From NCBI GenBank assembly GCA_037310415.1, contig CP147780.1, positions 1,152,001 through 1,216,000 on the forward strand: a stretch of DNA of 64,000 nucleotides, read 5' to 3'. The notes under the pieces are model-generated. The model did no database searches and was not told the origin of the DNA. It saw nothing but the letters and a program-made list of their open reading frames with translations. Origin of the DNA: Candidatus Atabeyarchaeum deiterrae (lineage in GTDB: Archaea > Asgardarchaeota > Atabeyarchaeia > Atabeyarchaeales > Atabeyarchaeaceae). Positions 1-10,067 of this stretch are shown piece after piece; within the stretch, counting starts at the first letter, position 1, and every line of letters begins with the position of its first letter. The translations under genes were made by a program, and so were the position numbers.

Positions 1-196
1 TACGGGGCTTCCTCCGTTCCTACCAAAGAAGTGGAAAATTACCTCGCCTATAAAAAGCTTTTTTGTTCAGACAAGAGCATAATAGAATATGCTACAAGCC
101 AAGATCGTTATGCAGTTATTTGGTTCCCTTGCATTAACTACATGTAGTCTATCCAAACAACTATTAAATACTATAGCTCCTTTGAAAGATGGTATC

Positions 197-712
197 ATGG
201 GGAGCGCACAGAAAATGACACACAGCCAAAGCGATCTTACACTGGAGTCAGTGCAATCAGGTAAAGAACTCAGCGAAATTAGCAGACTCGCACTAGAGAC
301 GGGAAGCGAAGAAGATGAGATCAATGAAACAATCAAGCGTGACAAGATCTTTGTGGCAAAGAGAAAAGGAAAAGTTGTTGGCTTCCTCTCCTTGATGATG
401 TGTAACGATGAAAAGACCGTAGAAGTAAGCGGGCTAGCGGTGAAAGCGGGGGAGAGAAGGAGAGGCGTCGCCAAACTGCTCATCAGGCACGCTGAGAAGT
501 ACGCTATCGACAGAAATGCAAGGAAGCTGGTTGTCAGAACAAGCAATGACAATATCCCTGCCCTCACATTATATCAGAAGGAAAGATTCAAGATGACTGG
601 AGTCAAGATAGGGAAAATGGTTGAGCATCATGGCGCAGAGTTAACGGGCTGGCAAGGCATACCTGTTAGAGACGAAATAGTTTTGGAAAAGCAAGTTAGC
701 CAAAATGGATGA
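197..712 (+). CDS. GNAT family N-acetyltransferase
   Basis: Acetyl-CoA motif LAVKAGERRRGVAKLLI and NIPALTLYQKERF. The ORF track opens at 89, but ATG 197 or 215 is a more plausible start. Confidence 0.85.
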   Translation: MGSAQKMTHSQSDLTLESVQSGKELSEISRLALETGSEEDEINETIKRDKIFVAKRKGKVVGFLSLMMCNDEKTVEVSGLAVKAGERRRGVAKLLIRHAEKYAIDRNARKLVVRTSNDNIPALTLYQKERFKMTGVKIGKMVEHHGAELTGWQGIPVRDEIVLEKQVSQNG

Positions 713-762
713 GAACGCCACAGTTTGATGTTTGGGTACTTCCTGGGAAGTGAGTGTGAAGA

Positions 763-1557
763 TTGCCGAAGATCGAGATTAACGGAGTGAAGCTACACTA
801 CGAAGAATCTGGCAAAGGTGATCCATTGGTCATGGTGCATGGCCTTGGTGGAACCATTTTTGACTGGACTATGCAGATCCCATACTTCTCCAAGACACAC
901 CACGTTGTTGCAGTTGAAATGCGCGATCATGGAGAATCAGACAAGTATACAGGGTCTTACGATATCAAGATGTTCTCTGAAGATGTGGCGGAACTTGCAA
1001 GGAGGCTTCGCCTCGGCAAAGCGGTCTTCTTTGGTATCTCTATGGGCGGAATGATAGTGCTGGACCTTGCGCTTGACCATCCGGCTATTGTTGAGGCTTT
1101 GGTTCTGGCTGATACGCAACCAGGTCTAAGCGAGGAAACCATAAAGGCGGGGCTAGAGATGGTCTCAATGAGCCAGAAGATGACGGGGGAGGAACTAGCC
1201 AAGGCGACAATGAGTTTCAATTTCAGTCCCGAATTTATCGATACTCATCCAGATGTCGTTGAGCAGGCGATCAAGATATCAGACGCAAGAGATCCATCAT
1301 CAACTTTTCGCGCCGCTGAGGGGCTCGTCAAATTCGATGTCAAGAAAAGGTTGAAGGAAATCAAGGTTCCGACACTCATCGCTAATGGTGAAGATGACCA
1401 AGTGATACCATTGAATGTGGCAAAGCGCCTTAGAGACAGCATCAAAGGCGCGAAGCTTGTTGTTCTACACAAGGGAAGACATATGGCGATTATTGAAAAG
1501 GCGGACGAATTCAACTCGGCAGTCTCGAGTTTCCTTAGAGAAATCAAGAAGAGGTAG
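763..1557 (+). CDS. Alpha/beta-fold hydrolase (3-oxoadipate enol-lactonase-like)
   Basis: HGLGG oxyanion motif, GISMGG nucleophile elbow, GEDD acid, GRH catalytic His; TTG start. Confidence 0.9.
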   Translation: MPKIEINGVKLHYEESGKGDPLVMVHGLGGTIFDWTMQIPYFSKTHHVVAVEMRDHGESDKYTGSYDIKMFSEDVAELARRLRLGKAVFFGISMGGMIVLDLALDHPAIVEALVLADTQPGLSEETIKAGLEMVSMSQKMTGEELAKATMSFNFSPEFIDTHPDVVEQAIKISDARDPSSTFRAAEGLVKFDVKKRLKEIKVPTLIANGEDDQVIPLNVAKRLRDSIKGAKLVVLHKGRHMAIIEKADEFNSAVSSFLREIKKR

Positions 1558-1626
1558 GACTGTTCAATGTCCTGATAAGATCTCTGTTTAGCAAGAGAAG
1601 ACGCTTTTGGAGAAGGACCTGGCGTT

Positions 1627-2541
1627 TTACTCTCTTTTGATTCCGTAGTACTCGTAGAATCCCCCTTTACTTCCAACTTTGACTCTGGGGTTTCCCAGAA
1701 AACCAGATTTTACAAGCTTCTTAAGAGTCAGAGGTGGAGCATAGTGAGGGTCACCCAATTCGGCGAACAAATAGCTGGATATGTGTAGAAGCGTGTCAAG
1801 CCCGATGAAATCAGACAGTTCAAAAGGTCCCATCGGCCAATTGAAAGCCATTTTCGACATGGCATCGATTTCCTTGATATTGGCCACTCCTTGCTCGAAG
1901 AGTCTCACCGCTTCGATGATCCAACTCGCTATGTATCTGGTTGTGAAGAAACCTGGTCCATCATTTGCAGGGATAGGAGTCTTTCCTAGTTTCTTGCTTA
2001 GATCCATCACTATGCCGTAAGTCTCGTCTGATGTGAGCGCTCCTCTTACAATTTCAATTAGCTTCATTACTGGAGGTGGATTGAACCAGTGCATCCCGAT
2101 TACTTTGTCAGGTCTATTTGTTACTGATGCTATGTCTGTCACCATTATTCCTGACGTGTTTGATGCGAGAATTGTCTGTGCTGGACACAGTCCGTCGAGC
2201 TGTTTGAAGATTCTCTTTTTGAGCTCGAGATCCTCCGGCGTAGCTTCGACTACGAGATCTGTGTCTTTCACAGCCTCTCTCATGTCTGTTGTGGTCTTGA
2301 TGCTTGAGAATGTGGCTTCGAGTTTCTCCTTGGTTATTTTTCCTTTGTCGAGTGCCCTGCTTAGGCTTAATTTGATCTTTTCAAGCCCCTTGGTTACAAG
2401 CTCGTTTGTCAAGTCGGTCATGTATACCTTATAGCCTTCCCTGGCGCATACCTCTACAATTCCAGCACCCATTATTCCTGCGCCCAGAACTGTGATCTTC
2501 TTCAAGTCTTCAAGTCTCAATTCCAAATCAACCTTCCACAA
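1627..2541 (-). CDS. 3-hydroxyacyl-CoA dehydrogenase
   Basis: GAGIMGAG Rossmann motif, ASNTS, GMHWFNP, PMGPFELSDFIGLD. Exact start uncertain. Confidence 0.92.
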   Translation of the reverse strand: MWKVDLELRLEDLKKITVLGAGIMGAGIVEVCAREGYKVYMTDLTNELVTKGLEKIKLSLSRALDKGKITKEKLEATFSSIKTTTDMREAVKDTDLVVEATPEDLELKKRIFKQLDGLCPAQTILASNTSGIMVTDIASVTNRPDKVIGMHWFNPPPVMKLIEIVRGALTSDETYGIVMDLSKKLGKTPIPANDGPGFFTTRYIASWIIEAVRLFEQGVANIKEIDAMSKMAFNWPMGPFELSDFIGLDTLLHISSYLFAELGDPHYAPPLTLKKLVKSGFLGNPRVKVGSKGGFYEYYGIKRE

Positions 2542-2666
2542 TCGACTCGCATCTTACACTGAAACTTCGCACACGACGGGGTTACTTCTTGACGATTAAT
2601 GGTCACGGGTCCCTCCTATTTAAGGAATGACAAGAACATCAGTTGCAAGCGACAACGAAATGCCTA

Positions 2667-3464
2667 CTATGCAATTCCTACTACTCTCCCGATCTGCTTC
2701 TCATCGATTCCAGCAATTATTTCATGCAGCCAGTCAGTTGCTTCTTGGTATTTCTTCTGCAAATCGTTTTCATCCTTGACGAAGTAAAGATGCATTAGCT
2801 TCTCGATAATGTCAGAAGGAAGCTCATAATGAATGTAGCGCATCACAAAGTCATGGTGGAAAGGATTGTACTTCATTCTAAGAATCTCAGTCAGAGTGCT
2901 CAACGTGATTCTAAAATAGTAGTCAAAGGCTTCCAGATAGTTACTTCTGTTAATCTCCTTCGGCACGTAATTGTTGAAGAGATCGACCCTTGCTTTGAGT
3001 CTCTCCAGTCTTTCGCCCAGTATCTTCAGTAATGCATCCTTGTTCAAAGTCGGAATATTGATCTGGTCGGATTTATTGAAGTGGAATACAACCTTGCCAT
3101 GTATCTGTGGCTCGAGGAACTTGTCGGGGCAACTTCTCTGTAGAATGGCAAGATCGATAAGGAGATACTCACTCACTTCCTTCAATCTATAGAATGCTTG
3201 GTAGACTCCTGGTCCATGCAAAAAAGGTGGCACATACTTGCGTTCTATAGGTGACAAGGATTCTAGGACACTTTCGACAACAAGAAAAGTATCCTCTGCC
3301 TTCTTGTCATCAACCACCAAATACAGATCGATATCAGACCACTTGTCCACACGCCCAAAGGCTGCTGCGCCACCTTCCCAAAATGCCTGCACGAATTTGA
3401 GTGGTTCTACAGCATCAACAAGGGTTTTGATTATTGTCTCCCGGCTCAACTTTTCTCCATTCAT
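2667..3464 (-). CDS. Pol-beta-type nucleotidyltransferase with helical C-terminal domain (LinB/aminoglycoside NTase-like)
   Basis: WEGGAAAFGRVDKWSDIDL matches the G[SA]x7-10DxD NTase signature; third Asp in IDL; helical C-terminal half. Confidence 0.75.
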   Translation of the reverse strand: MNGEKLSRETIIKTLVDAVEPLKFVQAFWEGGAAAFGRVDKWSDIDLYLVVDDKKAEDTFLVVESVLESLSPIERKYVPPFLHGPGVYQAFYRLKEVSEYLLIDLAILQRSCPDKFLEPQIHGKVVFHFNKSDQINIPTLNKDALLKILGERLERLKARVDLFNNYVPKEINRSNYLEAFDYYFRITLSTLTEILRMKYNPFHHDFVMRYIHYELPSDIIEKLMHLYFVKDENDLQKKYQEATDWLHEIIAGIDEKQIGRVVGIA

Positions 3465-3685
3465 AGCTGTTCACCCAAAGACAGTTTCACTTTCTCCTTG
3501 CCAAAATCACTCTTATTAACATTCAAAGCTCCGTCTGAATAGCAGATTCGAGACATTAGTGAAGCTAATAACGGTCACATCTTAATAATACTAGACAAGT
3601 AGAAGAAGGCGAACTGCAAGAAATTCGATTATACTTTTCGAGAGTTAGAACAGTAGTTGTTGGCGAGATGAGGAAGGGATAAAAA

Positions 3686-4609
3686 ATGACGGATTATAAG
3701 GAATTAGTCTACGAAAAGAAAAACATGACTGTTAGGGTAACGATAAACCGACCCGAAGTCTATAACGCTTACAGTACAAACACCTTGAAGGAACTGGCAC
3801 AAGCTTTTGATGGCATTTCTGACGATGACTCGGTTGGAGTTGCAGTCCTAACTGGGGCAGGTGAGAGAGCCTTCTGCACAGGCGGAGATGTTAAAGAGTA
3901 CGCCAACGTCTATCAGAAGGCACCTCATCGCTACTGGAATTATATGGTGACTTTCGACAAAGCTGTGTCAAGCATAAAAAACTGTAGGGTTCCAGTTATA
4001 GCAAGAATCAATGGCATTGCAGCGGGCGGGGGCAATGAACTCCATCAGGCATGTGATCTCTCAATAGCCTCTGAGAACTCAAAGTTTCTACAAGTAGGTG
4101 TTAGAGTCGGAAGCGTAGCAGCTGGAGGAGCAACCCAGTGGCTTCCGATCTTAATTGGGGACCGAAGAGCAAGGTGGATGCTGTATACAACTGATGAGGT
4201 CGACGCGAAAACTGCGGAACAATGGGGGCTAGTCAATAAGGTTGTCCCCTACAAAGAGCTTGATGCAGCCGTCGAGGATGTTTGCAGCAAAATACTCAAC
4301 AAATTCCCAGAATGCTTGAGGTACACGAAGGTGCAAACGAACTTCTGGAAAGATCTGGCCTGGAACAATACTGTTCAACACGCTAGAGACTGGCTTGCAT
4401 TGCACATGGGATCGGCTGAAGCTATCGAAGGAATGCAGGCGTTCGTCGAGAAAAGGCCAGCAAACTACATGAAGCTCAGAGAGAAGCTCGCCAAAGGAGA
4501 GCCTGCCGAGTTTCCATGGGGTTCGCTAACATCATCATGTCCGAAGTGCGGCGCAAAGAATCTGCCTCAGCAATTCAAGTTCTGTGGTGTATGCGGTGGG
4601 AAACTGTAA
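3686..4609 (+). CDS. Crotonase-family ring hydrolase (Oah/BamA- or MenB/BadI-like) with C-terminal zinc ribbon
   Basis: AFCTGGD and GGGNE crotonase motifs; KFPEC..AWN..RDWLALHM resembles Oah; ends CPKCG-x10-CGVCG. Confidence 0.8.
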   Translation: MTDYKELVYEKKNMTVRVTINRPEVYNAYSTNTLKELAQAFDGISDDDSVGVAVLTGAGERAFCTGGDVKEYANVYQKAPHRYWNYMVTFDKAVSSIKNCRVPVIARINGIAAGGGNELHQACDLSIASENSKFLQVGVRVGSVAAGGATQWLPILIGDRRARWMLYTTDEVDAKTAEQWGLVNKVVPYKELDAAVEDVCSKILNKFPECLRYTKVQTNFWKDLAWNNTVQHARDWLALHMGSAEAIEGMQAFVEKRPANYMKLREKLAKGEPAEFPWGSLTSSCPKCGAKNLPQQFKFCGVCGGKL

Positions 4610-4860
4610 TTTCGTCCATCAACACATCTAACTTTTTTGAGTCATCCTGTTCGCATAGACAAAAGGTGGATCTCGAAAGACATCAGTGAGAAAGAGTGAT
4701 CACATCCAACTCTCAATGCGGTGAGGCGCGTTGATTTCAGCAGATGAGTAAATAAACTTTTTGTTTCTCCTCGAAGTTTTCGCTAATCGATCTCTCTCTG
4801 TGTGGCTGTTTTTAGAAAGTCTTAAAAGAAACAAAATGAAAGAGCATTGATTGACCGAAG

Positions 4861-6363
4861 ATGTTTGCGAAGCAACTCAAGTGTATCTACTGCGGAGAAG
4901 AGTATGACATTCCGCGGAACGGGGAAGATCCGAGACTGAACAATAAGTTAATGTGTCCTAAATGTGCGAACATTCACAAATGGACCTACGGGTCACTAGA
5001 TGTAGTCTATGATTATGATGAGATCCGCGACAAAGTTGACCTAGACAAAATCTTCGACTTTGATACCCCTGTGGACACAATGTGGGGATTCAAAGATCTT
5101 CTTCCGATTTGGTCGCAACCCGTTTGCTTGGGCGAAGGTGACACACCATTCTACACATGCCAGAGGGTATGTGAAGAGCTCGACGTATCCAACCTTTACT
5201 TGAAATATGAAGGAGCTAACCCAACAGGATCCTTCAAGGATAGAGAATCATCTGTCTGTGTTTCGCGTGCTCTTGAAATAGGAGCTAAGGGCGTCACTTG
5301 CATATCGTCTGGCAACGCGGCAGGTTCATTAGCTGCATATGCTTCAAGAGCTGGAGTGAAATGCTTGGTGTTCACTCCAAGCAGCGCTTCTCCTGAGAAA
5401 ATGACCCAGATAGGTATATTCGACGCTGAACTGATCGCCGTAGATGGTATCTTTGAGGACGTATGGGAACTCATTAACCGAAACGCAGCCAATACTGGAG
5501 ACGATCAAATCTCAAAGCTAGCAAACCTTACGTACCAATACTACTATGACTGCAATGCGGCTCTTAACCCGTATCGAGTCGAGGGAGACAAGACCGAGGC
5601 ATATGAGATATACCGCAATTTGCAGAATATACCTGACTGGGTTGTAGTTCCAACAGGGAATGGCAGCAACCTTGCAGGCATCTGGAAGGGCTTCAAGGAG
5701 ATGTTCAATCTCGGGATCATAAACAGATTACCTAAACTTATATGTGTCCAGGTGAAGGGAGGCGACCCGATAGCCAAAGCATTCGAGCAGAAAAAAGACT
5801 CCTCTGTTAGGGTGGAGAATCCACCAGATTCCATAGCAGAAGGAATAGTTGCAAGGGACTGCTACGATGCCACCAAAGCTCTTCGCGCGTTAAGGGAATC
5901 AGGTGGTGTAACAGTCGCCGTTGACGACCTCGAGGTTATCGAGTATATGGAGTTGCTTGCAGGAAAAGAAGGCGTATTTGTTGAACCAACGTCAGCGACA
6001 ACGCTGGCTGCTGTTGGAAAACTAAGGGAGACGTACGCTATAGAGAAAAGCGACAAGATTGTTTGCGTACTTACTGGCTCAGGGCTGAAAGCAACCAAGG
6101 AAGTAATGGTCAAGTGCAAGAAAGAAGTGAGGCCAGTAGACAAAGTCAAGAAATCGGACTACATTACGCTAATCAAAGACATCGCAAAAGTCGCTAAGAA
6201 GCAATTCCCAACGATAACGATACCTTTAGCAAGCGACTTGCTGGGACCACCAGAGGCTGCTGCAAAGCCAACCAATGGGAACGCAGGGAAGGGGGGCTCA
6301 GCGAATAGCTCATCAAATCATTCCAAGCAGAAAGAGAACAATAGCAATAAGACCAACTCCTAG
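4861..6363 (+). CDS. thrC: Threonine synthase (PLP fold II) with N-terminal Zn finger and low-complexity tail
   Basis: LGEGDTP, NPTGSFKDR (PLP Lys), SSGNAAGS, PTGNG, EPTSA, LTGSGLK. Confidence 0.88.
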   Translation: MFAKQLKCIYCGEEYDIPRNGEDPRLNNKLMCPKCANIHKWTYGSLDVVYDYDEIRDKVDLDKIFDFDTPVDTMWGFKDLLPIWSQPVCLGEGDTPFYTCQRVCEELDVSNLYLKYEGANPTGSFKDRESSVCVSRALEIGAKGVTCISSGNAAGSLAAYASRAGVKCLVFTPSSASPEKMTQIGIFDAELIAVDGIFEDVWELINRNAANTGDDQISKLANLTYQYYYDCNAALNPYRVEGDKTEAYEIYRNLQNIPDWVVVPTGNGSNLAGIWKGFKEMFNLGIINRLPKLICVQVKGGDPIAKAFEQKKDSSVRVENPPDSIAEGIVARDCYDATKALRALRESGGVTVAVDDLEVIEYMELLAGKEGVFVEPTSATTLAAVGKLRETYAIEKSDKIVCVLTGSGLKATKEVMVKCKKEVRPVDKVKKSDYITLIKDIAKVAKKQFPTITIPLASDLLGPPEAAAKPTNGNAGKGGSANSSSNHSKQKENNSNKTNS

Positions 6364-6411
6364 TTACGAATGAAACAGATCGCTCGTCGCGTTGTCTCCC
6401 CGATATTGGCT

Positions 6412-7953
6412 TCAGTAAGTTGGTCTATCTGGACCTTTTTCGGGAAAGACTTCTTTCACACAAGATTCATGAATATTCTCTGTTTGCTGCAAAAGAGTTT
6501 CGCCCTTACAACTGTACGAAGGTGCCAAAGGAAGCATATTGTAGTGGCTGGCAAGAGCTTGTTGATAGGCGCCCACATCAAGTACCATGAGAACATCACC
6601 TTTGTCGGTTCTCGGTAGCATCCTAGGTCCCGTTCGGTCGCGTCCCCATGCAAACACATCCCCGGAGTCACAGGCTATTCCACCTATATTGTACCAGTCC
6701 CTAAGGGGTTCACTTATCTTTGACGCGTTGAGCACCTCAAACCACTGCTGCAAGAGCACAATATCATGCGCATCCGTCATAGCACTTCCGTCTGTGATGA
6801 TCCACTTGTTTGACCCCTTCAACGATCCTTTGTACTTATTTTGCACGTCAAACACATCTGTTACGGACAGCAGGAGCGCAGTGGAGTTAGCTGTCAGCCA
6901 CCTTCCGGGCTCGATACATAACGTAGGGTAGTCATACCCTTTCTCTTCACAGTTCTCCCTGAATGCAGTAATTACTTTCAATCCGTACTGTTCGACATTA
7001 TAGTTTGACCAGAACTCTCCATACGCCTTCTTATCCAGCGGTCGGGTCTTAACGTACTTGACTGCAATTCCCCCACCTATGTTCACCTGATCAATGTGAA
7101 CGTTCAGTCTTCTCTCTAGTTCAATTAGGTTTGATAACAAGACAGGGACCTCGCCCCTTGTTTTGCTATTGCTTCGAGTTCCTGCGACTGCATTTATGTC
7201 AGATATCTGTGATCCTATGTGGCAATGTAGCTGGCGTATCTTCATCGGACTGTTGAAGTCTCTGATCTCTTTGACAACCGTCTCGAGTTGACCGAGAGGG
7301 ACGCCAAACCTTGAGTAGCCAGCTCCTGTTGCCAAATCCTCGGACGTCTTAGGTGTAATGCCAGGGTTGACTCGAACACCGACACTCAGATCTCCTCCCA
7401 TTCTCTGCGCGATCTTGGCCGCGAATCTAACCTCCTCAATCGAGGACAAGTTTACAATTACATCATACCCCTCTCTGGATTGGAGACCAAATGCGGCTTC
7501 GATCAGCGACTCTTTGTATGGGCGCTGAGCGTAATGTTTAGAGACACCGTTACAGACAATGCGGATAAGAGGATTCTTGCCACCCTTCTCCTTGAGTACG
7601 TTCAGTGCGAAGAAGAGTTCATGAATGTTAGTTACTTCAATGCCGTAACCTTGACCAACAATGCTGCCGACTACTGCATGAAGGAAGTTCGCTTTAGTTG
7701 CATAGAATGGATGAAATTTCCCGGGATAAGTCTTGAATGATTCAACGAGACGCTTAGCGTTCCTTACAATCTGGTCAAGATCGACGATGTAACATCTGGT
7801 ACGATGCTCATGAGCAAAGTCAAGTACATTCGAACCACCAAAAGCTAAAGTTCCACTGGAGGTGACTCGGCAATTATCACTCAGATCCTGTTTGCCAACG
7901 TAATTCGACGGGTTGACACTGCAAACTGGATCAATGGAAATACCTCGCGCCAA
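6412..7953 (-). CDS. lysA: Diaminopimelate decarboxylase-like PLP fold III decarboxylase
   Basis: YATKAN (PLP Lys), SRFG, HCHIGSQI, NIGGG, EPGR, CDSGD, GAY..YN. Confidence 0.75.
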   Translation of the reverse strand: MARGISIDPVCSVNPSNYVGKQDLSDNCRVTSSGTLAFGGSNVLDFAHEHRTRCYIVDLDQIVRNAKRLVESFKTYPGKFHPFYATKANFLHAVVGSIVGQGYGIEVTNIHELFFALNVLKEKGGKNPLIRIVCNGVSKHYAQRPYKESLIEAAFGLQSREGYDVIVNLSSIEEVRFAAKIAQRMGGDLSVGVRVNPGITPKTSEDLATGAGYSRFGVPLGQLETVVKEIRDFNSPMKIRQLHCHIGSQISDINAVAGTRSNSKTRGEVPVLLSNLIELERRLNVHIDQVNIGGGIAVKYVKTRPLDKKAYGEFWSNYNVEQYGLKVITAFRENCEEKGYDYPTLCIEPGRWLTANSTALLLSVTDVFDVQNKYKGSLKGSNKWIITDGSAMTDAHDIVLLQQWFEVLNASKISEPLRDWYNIGGIACDSGDVFAWGRDRTGPRMLPRTDKGDVLMVLDVGAYQQALASHYNMLPLAPSYSCKGETLLQQTENIHESCVKEVFPEKGPDRPTY

Positions 7954-8102
7954 ATTGGTGCCATTCCCCCAGTCTCATGTTTGAGCGCTACAATTATTAC
8001 ATGCCGTATGAAACAATAGAAGATGGCTACTACCTTATAAGAAGAAGAGTGGCAGACCAGTGGGTTTCCCCTTGCTCATAGCACGTGGGAGGTTTCCAGC
8101 TA

Positions 8103-8834
8103 ATGAGAGTCATACCAGTCATGGATCTTCTTGGAGGGAAGGTCGTACACGCCAGAAAAGGTGAGAGAGAGAAGTACCAGCCTGTTAAGAGTATACTGGC
8201 TTCGACCGCAGATCCAGTTGAGGTAGCCACCGCATTTCACAGGCAGTTCAAATTCAAGGAACTCTACATAGCAGACCTGGACGCAATTCAGGGAGGGAAG
8301 GTTGCCATCGAGGGCATAAAGGCGATTAGTAAATCCACCTCAATGGAACTAATGGTAGATGCGGGGGTCAACAACCCTGATTCCGCTCACGTAGTCAGAG
8401 AGGCTGGAGCATCAAGAGTAATTGTAGCAACTGAAACTCTGATAAGTCTCAACGCGCTGACGGTGATGATTGAAGCGGTTGGAAGAGGGCGGATAATATC
8501 AAGTCTTGACGTAAAGCAAGGAAAGGTTCTTGGCAAGTCCCCTCAGATTAGAGAATTATCTCCAGTGAAGGCAGCTAGAGTCCTTGAGAAGATAGGAGTC
8601 ACCCAACTCATAGTTCTTGAGTTGACAAAAGTCGGGAGCGAATCAGGTGTAGACAGGAGTTTGGTGGAGTCGATCATCAGTGCTGTCAGAATACCCATCA
8701 TAACGGGTGGCGGCGTCAGAAACATCGACGATTTGATTGAACTCAAGGAGATTGGAGTTGACGGAGCACTTGTTGCGACATCGCTTCACAATGGATCTTT
8801 AAGTCCTGAAAATGTTCGATCTCTACTCCTATAG
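8103..8834 (+). CDS. HisA/HisF-related TIM-barrel protein (type associated with methanofuran/H4MPT C1 gene sets)
   Basis: VIPVMDLLGGKVVHA..GERE.YQP, LYIADLDAI, DAG, GGGVR, ALVATSLH. Confidence 0.8.
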   Translation: MRVIPVMDLLGGKVVHARKGEREKYQPVKSILASTADPVEVATAFHRQFKFKELYIADLDAIQGGKVAIEGIKAISKSTSMELMVDAGVNNPDSAHVVREAGASRVIVATETLISLNALTVMIEAVGRGRIISSLDVKQGKVLGKSPQIRELSPVKAARVLEKIGVTQLIVLELTKVGSESGVDRSLVESIISAVRIPIITGGGVRNIDDLIELKEIGVDGALVATSLHNGSLSPENVRSLLL

Positions 8835-8980
8835 CCGAACCTCTTTTCGAATGAAATCACTTCGAGTTGAGCGGTGATAGCAGACCATCCACTTCTTCCA
8901 GCGAGTGGTGACTATTTATGTGGCTTCAACTTAGAATCAGGCTATAACCACATTAGAACACAGGAATCAAAGGGAATGAT

Positions 8981-9604
8981 GTGGAGGTTGAAGGCACGAA
9001 AGGACCAAGAGTATTCTCTATAACGGGAGTACACGGATCGGGCAAGACCACAGTCTACAATTCTCTGAGGAACATATACGGTGACAAACGCAACTGGATC
9101 TTCATGCCTGAGAGAACAGGTCGTCCGCCCTACTCTTTTGGATCCAAGGATCCTGAGGTAGCCTTCAGAGCGGAACTCTGGTACTTCAATCAGATGCTGA
9201 GGAGAAATGAGCTGATTCGAAGCTATAATGAGAATGAATTGACTATTGTCTGCGACAGGAGTCCGATTTGCGTCTTGGCGTACTCCTATGCTCTCTGCTC
9301 AAGCGAAGACTTCAAGACCATCCGTAACCTGTACTCAGCCGTGGATTGGCACGAAAACGTAGTATTCTATCTTGAAATGAATCTGGAGAGCGCAGAAAAG
9401 AGACTCACATCGGGGCGAAGGAGAAATCTCGAAAAGTGGAATGAAAAAGATCGAGTCTATATACTAAAGGTCTTGGATGGCTACGAACGGGCGTTCAAAG
9501 AGATCAGGCAGACCAGATCACTAGACTTGATTAGAATACCCAACGGAAATGTTTCACCGAAAGAAACAATTCATCGCATGAACATGGAGATTCTTGCACC
9601 ATAG
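8981..9604 (+). CDS. P-loop nucleoside/nucleotide kinase (dTMP/deoxynucleoside kinase-like)
   Basis: Walker A GVHGSGKTT, DRS motif, LID-like RRR segment. Confidence 0.75.
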   Translation: MEVEGTKGPRVFSITGVHGSGKTTVYNSLRNIYGDKRNWIFMPERTGRPPYSFGSKDPEVAFRAELWYFNQMLRRNELIRSYNENELTIVCDRSPICVLAYSYALCSSEDFKTIRNLYSAVDWHENVVFYLEMNLESAEKRLTSGRRRNLEKWNEKDRVYILKVLDGYERAFKEIRQTRSLDLIRIPNGNVSPKETIHRMNMEILAP

Positions 9605-9748
9605 CGAAAACCCTTAAAAGTTAGGAACGGAGAGAGGAACTTAGGATTAGGGTCAACACCAGACTTCTTAAAATCAACGCGATTGGAACTCCGATTACTG
9701 ACCTCAACAAGAAACAAAGGGATGGAATGAAATGGGGGTAAGAAGTTA

Positions 9749-9943
9749 ATGGCCAAGATCAAGAGATATGTCCGATGCCCTGAATGCGATGAGCTTCTCC
9801 TTCTGACAATAGACGATAAAGTTAGAACTGACAGGTGGCCTCTGAAATTAGAAGGTACGCATAAGGAGCATGGCTACGTCGTCTATCTTGACTCGCAATA
9901 CGCCATCACAGAGGTCAAAAAGAAAACCGGCAAAACCCAATAA
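9749..9943 (+). CDS. Small Zn-binding hypothetical protein (64 aa)
   Basis: CPEC ... HKEH (C2H2-type ligand set) followed by VYLD; purine-rich leader; TATA-like CTTAAAAG near 9613. Confidence 0.7.
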   Translation: MAKIKRYVRCPECDELLLLTIDDKVRTDRWPLKLEGTHKEHGYVVYLDSQYAITEVKKKTGKTQ

Positions 9944-9997
9944 TCGTTAGCCAGTTCACACTGCGATTTGCAGTGATCAGATCTGACTTCCTGCTTC

Positions 9998-10044
9998 CGA
10001 AAGGTTTTTATTGCATTTCGTGATATTACGAAAGCTTTTTTAAT
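9998..10044 (+). promoter_or_regulatory. Two tandem archaeal BRE-TATA-like elements
   Basis: CGAAAGGTTTTTAT at 9998-10011 and CGAAAGCTTTTTTAAT at 10029-10044; no protein ORF directly downstream. Confidence 0.55.
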
Positions 10045-10067
10045 GGGTGTTCTGACATCTATAATCA

